Made by a program: the position numbers and the translations under genes | Origin: an uncultured bacterium | GTDB taxonomy: Bacteria > Muiribacteriota > Ozemobacteria > Ozemobacterales > Ozemobacteraceae | Direction of reading: 5' to 3' | NCBI GenBank assembly: GCA_964596185.1 | Contig: CAZQUE010000001.1 | Coordinates: 135,460 to 199,459, forward strand | Length of the DNA stretch: 64,000 nt | Shown: positions 45,310 to 54,759 of the stretch, in pieces | Layout: the number at the start of each line of letters is the position of its first letter | Numbering within the stretch: the first letter of the stretch is position 1 | The notes under the pieces: generated by a model | What the model was told of the DNA's origin: nothing | The model's database searches: none | What the model saw: only the letters and a program-made list of their open reading frames with translations

Positions 45310-48300
45310 TCAGATTCCAGCCGGGGCCTTATGATCGAGCAGGCGGTTATGGGTGTTGACCAGCTGTTGAACCTTTTCAACCACGTCGAGCAGACCTTTT
45401 GATCGCAATCCGCCGGTGAGTGCGTCGACGAATACCAGTTTGACTTTCGGGTGGGTCGGCTCAACATAGCCGGTGCTGCGATCATCTCCGAGAACCCAGT
45501 AAGTCAGTCGGTCGCAATATGGCACCCAATGGGAAAAATCGCTGAAATCAGAATAAGCATTGAGCTTGGGAATGACGATCTGCGGCACATATTCGATCTG
45601 ATTTGCGGCATTGATATAGATGCGTTCGTTTTCAGGAACGATCGGAGCTACTTTCAGATTCGGCAGGGTGACTTTGAAGCGGGCTTTGCCGAAATGATTC
45701 AGGGCGATTTTTTCGGCAAGTGCTTCCCATTTGACGTTAATGTCACGGATTTCCTGAGAATAATTGAACAGCGCTTTCTGAAAAATCTCATTGGTTTTGA
45801 GCTCTTCGATGGCATTTTCGAGAGCAAGAAAATGAGAGTGGTTGAAAAGCGTGCCGAGCATGAAGCCGAGGCCATTGTTGAGGAAATGGCGGCGGGAAAT
45901 GTGCTGCGCGGCTTTTGCTTCATCGATATGCAGGCGGTCGTGAATCAGCCATGTGGTAGCCTGCCTTGCAGTTTCGAGGGCATCTGGTGCCTTCCAGAGG
46001 TCAGACTGCTCATTGAACTGCCAGGCTTTGAATTTTTGCGGGTAAGCGTTTTCGATGACCTGGTAGAGATTCTGGTTGAAAAGGTCGAGCAATTTTGACA
46101 GGCCGTTCATGTGGAATTCCCGAATGGAAATACGCTTGGGGATTTCTTCTATCGGTATGCCGAGCCTTTCTTCAATAAGCCAGATCGTAGCTTTCTGGGC
46201 CGTGTCGAAACGGTCTTCCTGGAACCATATAAGTGGCTCTTCCTCAATGAATTGCCATTGTTTGAAGACATTTGGGAAAACGGCATTAACCAGCTTAAAG
46301 CATGAGTCATCGAAGAGTTCGAGCAGTTTGCCCAGGCCATTGTCTTTAAAAATGTGCCGGTTCAGCATAGCCGGAAGATCGCCGCGACTACAGCCAAGTT
46401 TCTCTGACATCAGCCATTCTAGAGCTTCGCGAGCGCAATAGTTTTTGTCATTATTTTCGAGCCAGTTTTCAATTTCGTTGAACTGCCAGGGTTTGAATTG
46501 GCCAGGCAGAACCATTTCGATGAGCTTGAAGCGGCTTTGTCCGGACCAGAGCCAGACCTGTTCGAGGCCTGCATTGACAAGCAGCTTTTCATTGAATATT
46601 TCCGGTAGCTCTTCCGGTTTTTGCAAACGGTTTTTAATCTTTTCGAGCAGGGCTTTAACGGCTATGGCCGACCAGGTTGCCGCGATTTCATCATTGGCAA
46701 AGATAAAGTCGGGAAGATAGCCGCCTTTTTCCTGGATTAGATGAATGATGTCGACGATATCGGTTTCGCTCATTTCTTCGGGGGCCGCGCCGAAAAAGTT
46801 TTTGAATCCTTCGCTTGTTCTGGTTAGACCCTGCATTTGCAGCAGTTCTCTAATCTGCAGAACGGGCAGATGCATTCTTTCGGCGAGCTTTTCGTCACTG
46901 AAAAACAGATATTCTTTTTCGAGGGAAGCAATGATGGTCTTTATTACCGGATCATTGGGATCGATAACCGGGGCACTCCGCTGGGCGCGAATCGGCTCTG
47001 ACTGTGGCATGGTTGAGCCCATTGCCGCAGATTGGGGCATGGCCACCGGCACTACCATGCTGGGATTGCCGGTAAAAACTCCCGGAAGACTGATTCTTTT
47101 TTCTTCTTCATCGGAAGGAGTTACATAAACGACTTCTTCAAGAGTCGATTCTCCGACGATGGCCCGTTCAATGGCCATTTCTCTCAGAGTTCTCATGCCT
47201 TCCAGGCGTGCGATACGTTTTATTGCCATTTCGGTGCCGCCTTCCATGATAATGTCCTTGAGAGAGGCGGTCATTACCATGGTTTCGTAGACGCCGATTC
47301 GGCCAAAGGTGCCGGTTTGATTGCATTCTTTGCAGCCGGCGCCATGATAGAACTTGTTGCCGATCAGCTTGCCTGGTGAAAGATTGAGTCGCTGAATGAT
47401 ACTGTGGCTCGGTTTGTATTCGGTTTTGCAGCTTGGGCAGATGCGGTGCAGCAGTTTCTGGGCCACTACTGCTCTGACGGCAGCTGTGACCAGATAAGCC
47501 GGAACACCCATGTTGATCAATCGGTTGATGCTGGCCGGGGCATTGTTTGTGTGAAGGGTCGACAAAACCTTGTGGCCGGTAAGAGAGGCTCTGAAGGCAA
47601 TTTCAGCCGTTTCCAGATCGCGGACTTCGCCGACGAGAATGATGTCGGGATCCTGGCGCAGGGCAGAACGCAGGCCGCTGGCAAAATCAAGGCCGATTTT
47701 GTCGTTTATCTGAACCTGGGTGATGCCGTTGATTCGGTATTCTACCGGGTTTTCAATGGTGAAAATATTGATTTCGGTGCTGTTGAAATACTTCAGCATG
47801 CCGAACAGGGTTGTGGTTTTACCCGCGCCGGTCGGTCCGGTAACCAGAATCAGACCGTATGGTTCGTCGAGAGCGGCTTTGAGTCGAGACAGATCATCGT
47901 CGAAAAAGCCAAGATTGTCGAGGTCGTATTTTGCTTCACGCTGCAAAAGACGCAGAACCGCTTTTTCACCAAGTAAGCTGGGTACGGTGCTGACACGGAA
48001 GTCGATTTCCTTATCCTGCATTCTGACCTTGAGACGTCCGTCCTGTGGCAGTCTTCGCTCGGCAATGTCAAGATGTGAAAGAATCTTGATGCGACTGATC
48101 AACGGTGCGAGAAGGCTTTTGGGCCCGGTCATCGCGTCGTGCAGAATGCCATCAACGCGGAACCTGACCAGAAGAATGTCTTCGCGCGGTTCGACATGAA
48201 TGTCAGATGCTCTTTTTAGGATTGCCTGTTTAAAAATTGCATTTAAAAACTGAACGACCGCTCCCTGTTCCGAGGTTTTTCTGACAACTTCAACACCAGC

Positions 48301-48798
48301 TTCGCCCGGTTCACTGACTTCTGCTTTGCCGTCTTCACCACCGACAGAAAAGCCTTCCCAGGAGTAAAGCTGGCGGATTGCCAGTTCTATCTGATTTTTG
48401 GGGGCGATCAATACTTCAAGTTTGCATTGAGTAAGAAAGGCGATCATATCGGTGGCCATGATGTCGAAAGGATCGGCCATGGCAACGGTGAGGCGGTTTC
48501 CTTCCTTTTTCATCGGAACCATTTTGTATTGTTTGGCCTGATATTCAGGGATAAGCGAAAGAATCTTGGCGTCGACCTTGATGTTGGTCAGATCGATGAC
48601 CGATACCCCAAGAAATTCAGCCCAGAGGTCGAGAATTTGCTTCTCAGACATGAAACCAAGTCTGACAATGATATTTTCAAGGCGTTCGAGCGTCTGGGCC
48701 TGGATGTTTTTCGCCTTTTCAAGCTGATCTTCAGACAACAGACCCTTTTGCAGCATCAGGCTTTCAACTGTTTGTTTGGTTCCTTGAATGTTGTTCAT
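45310..48798 (-). CDS. GspE/PilB-family secretion ATPase with long C-terminal repeat-containing extension (1162 aa)
   Basis: The N-terminal ~570 aa have a GSPII_E N-domain, Walker A GPTGAGKTTT, and a CPSCK...CKECNQ zinc finger. A ~590-aa extension follows, containing three ~85-aa repeats (FKPWQFNE.../FKQWQFIEE.../FKAWQFNEQ...). GGAGGA SD. Confidence 0.8.
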   Translation of the reverse strand: MNNIQGTKQTVESLMLQKGLLSEDQLEKAKNIQAQTLERLENIIVRLGFMSEKQILDLWAEFLGVSVIDLTNIKVDAKILSLIPEYQAKQYKMVPMKKEGNRLTVAMADPFDIMATDMIAFLTQCKLEVLIAPKNQIELAIRQLYSWEGFSVGGEDGKAEVSEPGEAGVEVVRKTSEQGAVVQFLNAIFKQAILKRASDIHVEPREDILLVRFRVDGILHDAMTGPKSLLAPLISRIKILSHLDIAERRLPQDGRLKVRMQDKEIDFRVSTVPSLLGEKAVLRLLQREAKYDLDNLGFFDDDLSRLKAALDEPYGLILVTGPTGAGKTTTLFGMLKYFNSTEINIFTIENPVEYRINGITQVQINDKIGLDFASGLRSALRQDPDIILVGEVRDLETAEIAFRASLTGHKVLSTLHTNNAPASINRLINMGVPAYLVTAAVRAVVAQKLLHRICPSCKTEYKPSHSIIQRLNLSPGKLIGNKFYHGAGCKECNQTGTFGRIGVYETMVMTASLKDIIMEGGTEMAIKRIARLEGMRTLREMAIERAIVGESTLEEVVYVTPSDEEEKRISLPGVFTGNPSMVVPVAMPQSAAMGSTMPQSEPIRAQRSAPVIDPNDPVIKTIIASLEKEYLFFSDEKLAERMHLPVLQIRELLQMQGLTRTSEGFKNFFGAAPEEMSETDIVDIIHLIQEKGGYLPDFIFANDEIAATWSAIAVKALLEKIKNRLQKPEELPEIFNEKLLVNAGLEQVWLWSGQSRFKLIEMVLPGQFKPWQFNEIENWLENNDKNYCAREALEWLMSEKLGCSRGDLPAMLNRHIFKDNGLGKLLELFDDSCFKLVNAVFPNVFKQWQFIEEEPLIWFQEDRFDTAQKATIWLIEERLGIPIEEIPKRISIREFHMNGLSKLLDLFNQNLYQVIENAYPQKFKAWQFNEQSDLWKAPDALETARQATTWLIHDRLHIDEAKAAQHISRRHFLNNGLGFMLGTLFNHSHFLALENAIEELKTNEIFQKALFNYSQEIRDINVKWEALAEKIALNHFGKARFKVTLPNLKVAPIVPENERIYINAANQIEYVPQIVIPKLNAYSDFSDFSHWVPYCDRLTYWVLGDDRSTGYVEPTHPKVKLVFVDALTGGLRSKGLLDVVEKVQQLVNTHNRLLDHKAPAGI

Positions 48799-48815
48799 TC
48801 TTTCCTCCGGTGACT

Positions 48816-49568
48816 TTATTTAACCTCGATGCGGTATGATCTGCGCTCGATCGATTCTTCGAATTTCATGGTATCTCGGCGGGCAAAAAGGTGAAAATTC
48901 ACATGTCCGGTGCGCTTGGCCTTGAAAATAAGGACAAGTTTGTCGTCATGTTTGCGCAAATCATGAATTGAAATGCGGTTGTCGTTGTATTCATACATTA
49001 TTTGCCAGTCGAGTTCCTGTATTCCTGAATAGCGGGGCAGTTCTATTTCGAAAAAACTGTTGAGCCCGACTTTGATTGTTTCGGTTTTCTTGATTTCCGG
49101 TGGTAGCAGACGAACTGAAAATGTGTTGGAAACCAGATGCCGTGGACTGGTCATAACCATGGCATGAATGCGGTAAACTCCCTGCGGCAACGGACTGTTC
49201 AGTCGATCTCGCGATTGCCATGACATTTGGTAGGTGATGGGCTGACCAACCCGCAGTGGTATCGAGTGGGGCGCTTCCTCCCAGCGTAGGCCCTGAGACC
49301 ATCGATATATCTGGGTGCCGTTATGGAAAACCGCGTAATCCCAATGCTGACCAGTCGGATAAAAAATATCGACGGTTTTGTCAGTGCGATTGCGAATCTG
49401 AATGGTAAAAGTGGCAGTTTCACCGGCGATGATCTCCGGTTTCTCCGGCCAGGCTTTTATTTCAAGATCGGCAGGGTTGACGAATTCCCATTTTCGCAAT
49501 TCAGCCTTCGCCTGAGTGGCAAAGATAACGAAAAACAAAAGAATAAAAACTGTGAATTTTTTCTTCAT
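48816..49568 (-). CDS. Secreted protein, possible BsuPI/proteinase-inhibitor-like beta-sandwich domain
   Basis: Signal peptide MKKKFTVFILLFFVIFATQAKA (start trimmed to ATG 49568). TFTIQIRNRTDKTVDIFYPTGQHWDYAVF...YRWSQG resembles BsuPI-type domains, but that assignment is tentative. Confidence 0.45.
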   Translation of the reverse strand: MKKKFTVFILLFFVIFATQAKAELRKWEFVNPADLEIKAWPEKPEIIAGETATFTIQIRNRTDKTVDIFYPTGQHWDYAVFHNGTQIYRWSQGLRWEEAPHSIPLRVGQPITYQMSWQSRDRLNSPLPQGVYRIHAMVMTSPRHLVSNTFSVRLLPPEIKKTETIKVGLNSFFEIELPRYSGIQELDWQIMYEYNDNRISIHDLRKHDDKLVLIFKAKRTGHVNFHLFARRDTMKFEESIERRSYRIEVK

Positions 49569-49628
49569 GCCTGAATGATACAACACCTGAACCTGTCTGA
49601 AAAGAAATTGTCTGCAACTTTGCAATTT

Positions 49629-50477
49629 TTAGACTGTCTGCCTGGGTGTGCAGGCATAGCAATAGCGACAACCATGCCTGCAAAGATCGTATTTGCCTAT
49701 GTCACGACTGTACAGGCAGTTGCAATATTTGCGCTGACCTTTATGCCTGGCTTTAACAAATTCATTCCCGGTAATTTGTTCGACCCAGTTTTGATCGATG
49801 CAGCCCGAATTTGGAATTTTGGCTTCGGCAAAGGCCGGGTCATTTTCACAACAGCAGCTAAGAGCCAGACTATTCAGTTCGGCAATTTTCTTGAGCTGTT
49901 GCAAAAATGGCAGAAAACCCTCCTGTTTTTCGGGGTCGCGCATGAAGGTTTGTTTGACTGGCTTCAATCCGCTGATTGTTTTTCGATAGAAATCGAGAAG
50001 ACTGATCTTGCAGCCGTAAACCAATGGTGAAAGCTGTTCGGCCAGTCTGGCAAAGTTCTCAATATGCCAGGTAAAACTGAACTTTTCGGAAATTATAATC
50101 GGATCATAGCGCCAGATCAGTCTTTGCGGCCCAATCTGGTCTGCCAGTCGACGCAAAGCTGTTATTGCCTGAACAGGAGCAGGACAGAAAGGTTCAAGCT
50201 CTTGACCATAGCCATTGATCGTCATGAAAAAGCCAAAGTCAATGTTCAACCTTATCAATTGCTGAATTGACTCTTTGAATGGTTCTGGATTGCGGGTCCA
50301 GAAAATGAAGGCGGCAACGTTTGCCGGGCGCAGCGAGACATGGCTGATCTGCCTGGGATTGAATGGATTGGCAACCTCACAATCGCCTTTTTCCAGACAA
50401 TCAAGAAACCAGTCATTGGCAAAAGCCGGTATATCACAGCGTCTCGACGCGCTGATCAGGTATTTTTCCTCTGGCAT
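49629..50477 (-). CDS. DUF1848-like protein with C-terminal Cys cluster
   Basis: Start trimmed to MPEEKYLISASRRCDIPAF...NPFNPRQISHVSL...IFWTRNP, which matches my memory of the DUF1848 N-terminal signature. The C-terminal CxxxCxYCYAC suggests a metal or FeS site. Confidence 0.45.
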   Translation of the reverse strand: MPEEKYLISASRRCDIPAFANDWFLDCLEKGDCEVANPFNPRQISHVSLRPANVAAFIFWTRNPEPFKESIQQLIRLNIDFGFFMTINGYGQELEPFCPAPVQAITALRRLADQIGPQRLIWRYDPIIISEKFSFTWHIENFARLAEQLSPLVYGCKISLLDFYRKTISGLKPVKQTFMRDPEKQEGFLPFLQQLKKIAELNSLALSCCCENDPAFAEAKIPNSGCIDQNWVEQITGNEFVKARHKGQRKYCNCLYSRDIGKYDLCRHGCRYCYACTPRQTV

Positions 50478-50505
50478 GGGTCTATTATACAACAATTTGC
50501 GGCCA

Positions 50506-50534
50506 TTGACAGGCTTGCGATTGGTTCTTATAAT
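50506..50534 (+). promoter_or_regulatory. Consensus sigma70 promoter
   Basis: TTGACA (50506-50511), an exactly 17-nt spacer, then TATAAT (50529-50534). This sits ~65 nt upstream of the ATG at 50599, which has a GGAGGG SD. Confidence 0.5.
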
Positions 50535-50598
50535 TGAGAAAAGTTGTACGCACGCTTGCAAGAAAAGCCTCTTTCAAAGAGAGCGGAGGGAATAAATT

Positions 50599-52176
50599 AT
50601 GAAACTGTTTTCAACGGCCCTGGTTCGAAGAATCTCACTGATCACGGTGATTCTGTTTGTATTCTCGACCTTGTCGGTCAGCGCCCAGGTTGGCGAAGTT
50701 AACATTCCGGTCAACAACACTCAGCCTATTGATATTTCACTTATCAACAACGTGTTGCCGGAACTCAACGGGTTGCAGGCTAATTTGAGGACTACCCAGA
50801 ATACCATTGCAACAATTGAAAAGATTTCTACGCCTCTTTACAATCAGGTAGCCCCAACCAATATGCAGACAATGAGCATTGCTCAGCGAGTTAAGGCAAT
50901 TCTGGGCAATGCAAAAAACCTGCTCACCGGAACCCTGAAAACCTCAAGCGTCGCTGCCCAACAGAATTTGCAGAGTGGAACCAGCATCGGCAATTTGCCG
51001 ATTGATCAGCAGCTGGCCTACAGCGTCGAACAACTCGGAGTTCAGGCTGCCAAAATTCAGACTAATCCTCAGGCGTCTGGCGCTATTGAAAAACTTAAAT
51101 CAATTCTGGCTGTAGTTAAAGACAAACTTCAGGCAATCGTAAACGTAATCAGAGCGAAAATTTTTGCCGTTGGTCAGAAAGTTGGTTTGATCAGTAAAGA
51201 TAAGCGCTTTGAAGATGGTAAGGTCGTCGACAATAAAGGAACGATCAATGCCGCCGCTGATGTGCAATATGCTGACAGTTTTTCCGGCAAGCTTTCAAAG
51301 GGTGTTAACGAAGGCGTTCAGAATGCCAAAGCTTCTTTGAAAAACAGCTTTTCGTTCTCGAACCTGGCTCTGACAACCACCGTTGCCGTTGGAACCAACC
51401 TCGCCATCGACATGATTCATGGTGAAAAACCTTCATTGAAAAAAGCGGTTAAAGCCGTTGCTTCGCTTGAATTCGCCGGCAGCGTGGCCGGTTCTGCACT
51501 TGGTGCCGCCGGCGGTCAGTTTACCGCCTCACTTGTAAAATCTTTCATTCCCGGTCCGATTGGTGCCATGGTTGGCGCTGTAATCCCGGTGATGTTCGCC
51601 TCTGCTACCGGTCAGATGGGCGCTGGCCTGATTTCTGGTCTGAAGAATGGTGAATTTTCAATCGCCAAAGCCTGGAAACAGGTTGATAAGGCTGATCTGG
51701 TCGGCTCTTCGATCGGGTCGACCATCGGTATGGCTCTTGGCGCTCCAATTCCAGTGGTTGGTCCAATTATCGGTGGTATCGTCGGCGGTTTGCTTGGCAG
51801 TAAGGTTGCCAAATGGATATCAGGTTTTGCCAAAGGTAGAAAGGTATCTTTCTTCGGCAAAGGTTATGATGTTGATAAATCATCTACTCCCACCCGAACC
51901 GGAGGATTCTCGGTTGGTATCGGTTCGATTGCCGGCCCTGGCAACAATGGACCGGTCGTCATGGGTTCGCAGGAATCTTCGCCGATAGTTTCCGGAAGTG
52001 TTTCTGCTTCACCTGAACAGCTTAAAGCTGCTGAGAAAAGATACTATGATGCCTACCTGCAGTATAACAATATGGTTAAGTCTGGTGACAGCGAAGGCGC
52101 TAAAAAGGTTTTCGAACAGCTCAAGGTTTATTCAGATGAATACAACAGTCTGAAAAAACAAATCAGCGGAAACTGA
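50599..52176 (+). CDS. Secreted protein with C-terminal glycine-zipper membrane-active region
   Basis: Signal peptide ...STLSVSAQV. An N-terminal Q/N/A-rich helical region is followed by GxxxG zipper stretches (GAMVGAVIPVMF..GAGLISGL..IGSTIGMALGAPIPVVGPIIGGIVGGLLG). Confidence 0.55.
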   Translation: MKLFSTALVRRISLITVILFVFSTLSVSAQVGEVNIPVNNTQPIDISLINNVLPELNGLQANLRTTQNTIATIEKISTPLYNQVAPTNMQTMSIAQRVKAILGNAKNLLTGTLKTSSVAAQQNLQSGTSIGNLPIDQQLAYSVEQLGVQAAKIQTNPQASGAIEKLKSILAVVKDKLQAIVNVIRAKIFAVGQKVGLISKDKRFEDGKVVDNKGTINAAADVQYADSFSGKLSKGVNEGVQNAKASLKNSFSFSNLALTTTVAVGTNLAIDMIHGEKPSLKKAVKAVASLEFAGSVAGSALGAAGGQFTASLVKSFIPGPIGAMVGAVIPVMFASATGQMGAGLISGLKNGEFSIAKAWKQVDKADLVGSSIGSTIGMALGAPIPVVGPIIGGIVGGLLGSKVAKWISGFAKGRKVSFFGKGYDVDKSSTPTRTGGFSVGIGSIAGPGNNGPVVMGSQESSPIVSGSVSASPEQLKAAEKRYYDAYLQYNNMVKSGDSEGAKKVFEQLKVYSDEYNSLKKQISGN

Positions 52177-52189
52177 TATAACGCTCTTT

Positions 52190-52221
52190 AAAAAAGGCTC
52201 GGGATATCCCGAGCCTTTTTT
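52190..52221. terminator. Bidirectional rho-independent terminator
   Basis: Hairpin ggctcggg-atat-cccgagcc flanked by A6 and T6, between the convergent genes 50599..52176(+) and cheR(-). Confidence 0.55.
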
Positions 52222-52243
52222 ATTTCAGTTTAAACAACTACTT

Positions 52244-53095
52244 TTATTCAACAAACATTGATTTTCCACTGGGTTTGAGGAAGACGGTGCGTTCATCGAT
52301 TCGAGTTTCTTTGAACAGGGGCGGAAGGTCGCGGGTGCTCTCTGTTGAGCCTATCAACAGGTAGCCGTCATCATTGAGGTGACGTCTGATTTTCACAAAC
52401 AGGCTCTCGCGATCCCTTGCCGAAAAGTAAATCGCTACATTGCGACAGAAAATAAGATCATAACGCTCGGGAAGCAAAAAGGGCTTTTGTAGCTCGATGC
52501 GATCGAAGATCATCGATTCTTTGAGTGAATCATGAATATGATACTGCTCAGAACGGGCAATGAAATACTTTTTAAGAAAGTCCGGCGGCACCCCGCGTTC
52601 AACTTCGAATTTGCTGTATGACCCAGTTTTGGCAGCCAGCAATGCCTGATGAGAAATGTCGGTAGCGGTAATCTGGTATTCTTTGGGTGCAGCGCCCAGA
52701 TCTTTCAAAATCATGGCGATGCTGTAGGCTTCCTGGCCGGTTGCGCAGGCCGCGCTCCAGATTTTCAAGGCCCTGGGTTGAGGAAAGCTGCGTACCCGAT
52801 TAAGGAGCTCTGGTAAAATTTTACTCTTCAATGCATCAAAAGGACTCGAGTCTCTGAAAAAAGAGGTTTCTTTTATGGTGATCTGATCGATGATTTCATC
52901 GCGAAGTTTTCTCTGACCAGGTTCTCGTGCCAGAAAATACAGATGACTGAAGGTATTGCAGCGGTATCTCTGCAATAGTGATGTCAATCGCTCTCTTATC
53001 AGATATTCTTTCTCTTCTGAAAGCGCTATTCCGGTTAAATCAAAGATAAATTGAATCCAGAGGGCTAGTTCATGATATTCCAACCTTTGAACCAT
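52244..53095 (-). CDS. cheR: Chemotaxis protein methyltransferase CheR
   Basis: KETSFFRD and WSAACATGQEAYSIAMIL are the SAM-binding motif context of CheR. Confidence 0.9.
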   Translation of the reverse strand: MVQRLEYHELALWIQFIFDLTGIALSEEKEYLIRERLTSLLQRYRCNTFSHLYFLAREPGQRKLRDEIIDQITIKETSFFRDSSPFDALKSKILPELLNRVRSFPQPRALKIWSAACATGQEAYSIAMILKDLGAAPKEYQITATDISHQALLAAKTGSYSKFEVERGVPPDFLKKYFIARSEQYHIHDSLKESMIFDRIELQKPFLLPERYDLIFCRNVAIYFSARDRESLFVKIRRHLNDDGYLLIGSTESTRDLPPLFKETRIDERTVFLKPSGKSMFVE

Positions 53096-53129
53096 CTCTA
53101 TTCACCTCTTCTTCTGAAAACCTCGCTGC

Positions 53130-54263
53130 TCAACCAATTTGATAGATCTTCTGCAGAGAAAGTCTTTCAAGTTTGTTTCTAATTTCCTTGAGAGAGAGAA
53201 TCTCATTGGCGAGTTTGGCTTCAACTACCACTTTGGGCATTCCATAAACGACGCATGATTTCTCGTCCTGGGCAACCACGTAGCCATTGTTGTCTCTGAT
53301 CATTCTGGCGCCGGCCAGCCCGTCCATGCCCATTCCTGTCATGATGAAAAAAGCTATTTTGCCGGAAAAATTTTTAACCAACGATTCAATCAAATAATCA
53401 ATAGAAGGTTTGCAATTGTTCACCGGAGGGTCGTCCGTCAGCTTGAATCGGTAATTGCCGTCTGAGCATTTTTGCAGAGCCAGATGTCTGCCGCCTTTGG
53501 CAATGTAGATGCACTCAGAATCCATTGGCATTTGGTCACAGACCTCTGCAACATCGAGACCCGATCTTTCTTTGATGCTTTGGGCAAGTGCTTCAGAAAA
53601 GTTTTCCGGAATATGTTGAACGATGATTATCGGGATCTTGAGCTTGATGTGGAAGTCTGAAAACAATTCCATCAGTGCCGGAGGGCCTCCGGTGGAGATG
53701 CCTATTACGACAAGATCCGGGGTGAATCTGGCTCCGGCCGGTACTGGTTGCGGAAACGCCTGATCGGTTTTAGCCTGCTCCAGCTGTGGAGATTCGATCT
53801 TCTTTTGTGTCGAACCGGAATTTTTAGCAAGTTCGATACGGAATTTGCGACGGTTGATAAAGGCATTTATTGCAGACTGAAGATCTGAACGTAATAGTTG
53901 GCGGGTTTCTTCCATGGTGTGGTTGCCCTGTGGCTTGGCAACGAATTCGAAAGCGCCGGCAGCGAGCGCCTTGATGGCACCGCGGCACATACTGGGTGAA
54001 GCGCCACTGACGATGATTATTCCGATTTCGATCTTTTGTCGCTTCAATTCTTCTATCAGCTCAAGGCCGTTCATTTCAGGCATGTCAAGATCAAGAAGAA
54101 GCAGATCCGGTTTCAGGTTGAGTATTTTTTGCAGGGCAATTTTTCCGTTCGGTGCCTGACCCAGGATCTGCAGGTTTTTCTCTGTAGACAACAGATCAAT
54201 AAGTATCTTCCTGAAAACCAGCGAATCATCAACGATCAAAGTTCTTACCGGAGTTGGCTGCAT
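53130..54263 (-). CDS. cheB: Chemotaxis response regulator protein-glutamate methylesterase CheB
   Basis: N-terminal receiver (LIVDDSLVFRKIL...DLDMP) followed by the C-terminal methylesterase GISTGGPPAL. Confidence 0.9.
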   Translation of the reverse strand: MQPTPVRTLIVDDSLVFRKILIDLLSTEKNLQILGQAPNGKIALQKILNLKPDLLLLDLDMPEMNGLELIEELKRQKIEIGIIIVSGASPSMCRGAIKALAAGAFEFVAKPQGNHTMEETRQLLRSDLQSAINAFINRRKFRIELAKNSGSTQKKIESPQLEQAKTDQAFPQPVPAGARFTPDLVVIGISTGGPPALMELFSDFHIKLKIPIIIVQHIPENFSEALAQSIKERSGLDVAEVCDQMPMDSECIYIAKGGRHLALQKCSDGNYRFKLTDDPPVNNCKPSIDYLIESLVKNFSGKIAFFIMTGMGMDGLAGARMIRDNNGYVVAQDEKSCVVYGMPKVVVEAKLANEILSLKEIRNKLERLSLQKIYQIG

Positions 54264-54758
54264 TTAGTTTTCACCTTGATTGAGATCGCCTTCATCGTAT
54301 TTTTCGAGCACTTGCTCGAGCTTCAAAAGACCGATCATATTTCCATCGAGAAAAAAGAAACCGGCCAGCGATTGCTGCATGGCAGGCTGTAGATTTTCCG
54401 GATTGGGAACAAGATTCTCGTCGGAAAAGGGAAAGATTCCTGTGAGGGATTCAACCAGGAAGCCAACCAGCTCCGAATTTGTTTCGACAACCAGTATTCG
54501 TGACTCCGGACCGATTATCTGGGGTTGCAGTTCAAGTTTAACGGCCGGGTCAATCAATGCCAGAACCCGGCCACGCAGGTTGAAAAGACCTTTTACATAA
54601 GCAGCAGCGTGATGAACCGGTCTGATCTCCGGGACTGCCAGGACTTCCTGGATGTGACTGGTCGGTATGCCGAAGGTATTGCCGCAGAATTCGCAGACCA
54701 GTACCAGGGCATTGTCTTCATCGAGGAGGCTTTCAGCCAGATTCATCAGTTCGGTCAT
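54264..54758 (-). CDS. cheW: Chemotaxis coupling protein CheW
   Basis: A single CheW-like domain of 164 aa. Directly abuts cheB with no gap, and sits 1 nt from the MCP stop. Confidence 0.8.
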   Translation of the reverse strand: MTELMNLAESLLDEDNALVLVCEFCGNTFGIPTSHIQEVLAVPEIRPVHHAAAYVKGLFNLRGRVLALIDPAVKLELQPQIIGPESRILVVETNSELVGFLVESLTGIFPFSDENLVPNPENLQPAMQQSLAGFFFLDGNMIGLLKLEQVLEKYDEGDLNQGEN

Positions 54759-54759
54759 A

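Noticed and set aside
45451-47976. Several 115-215-aa plus-strand ORFs antisense to the 1162-aa ATPase gene
   Set aside because: Shadow ORFs of a long, well-supported minus-strand gene with Walker motifs and a strong SD.
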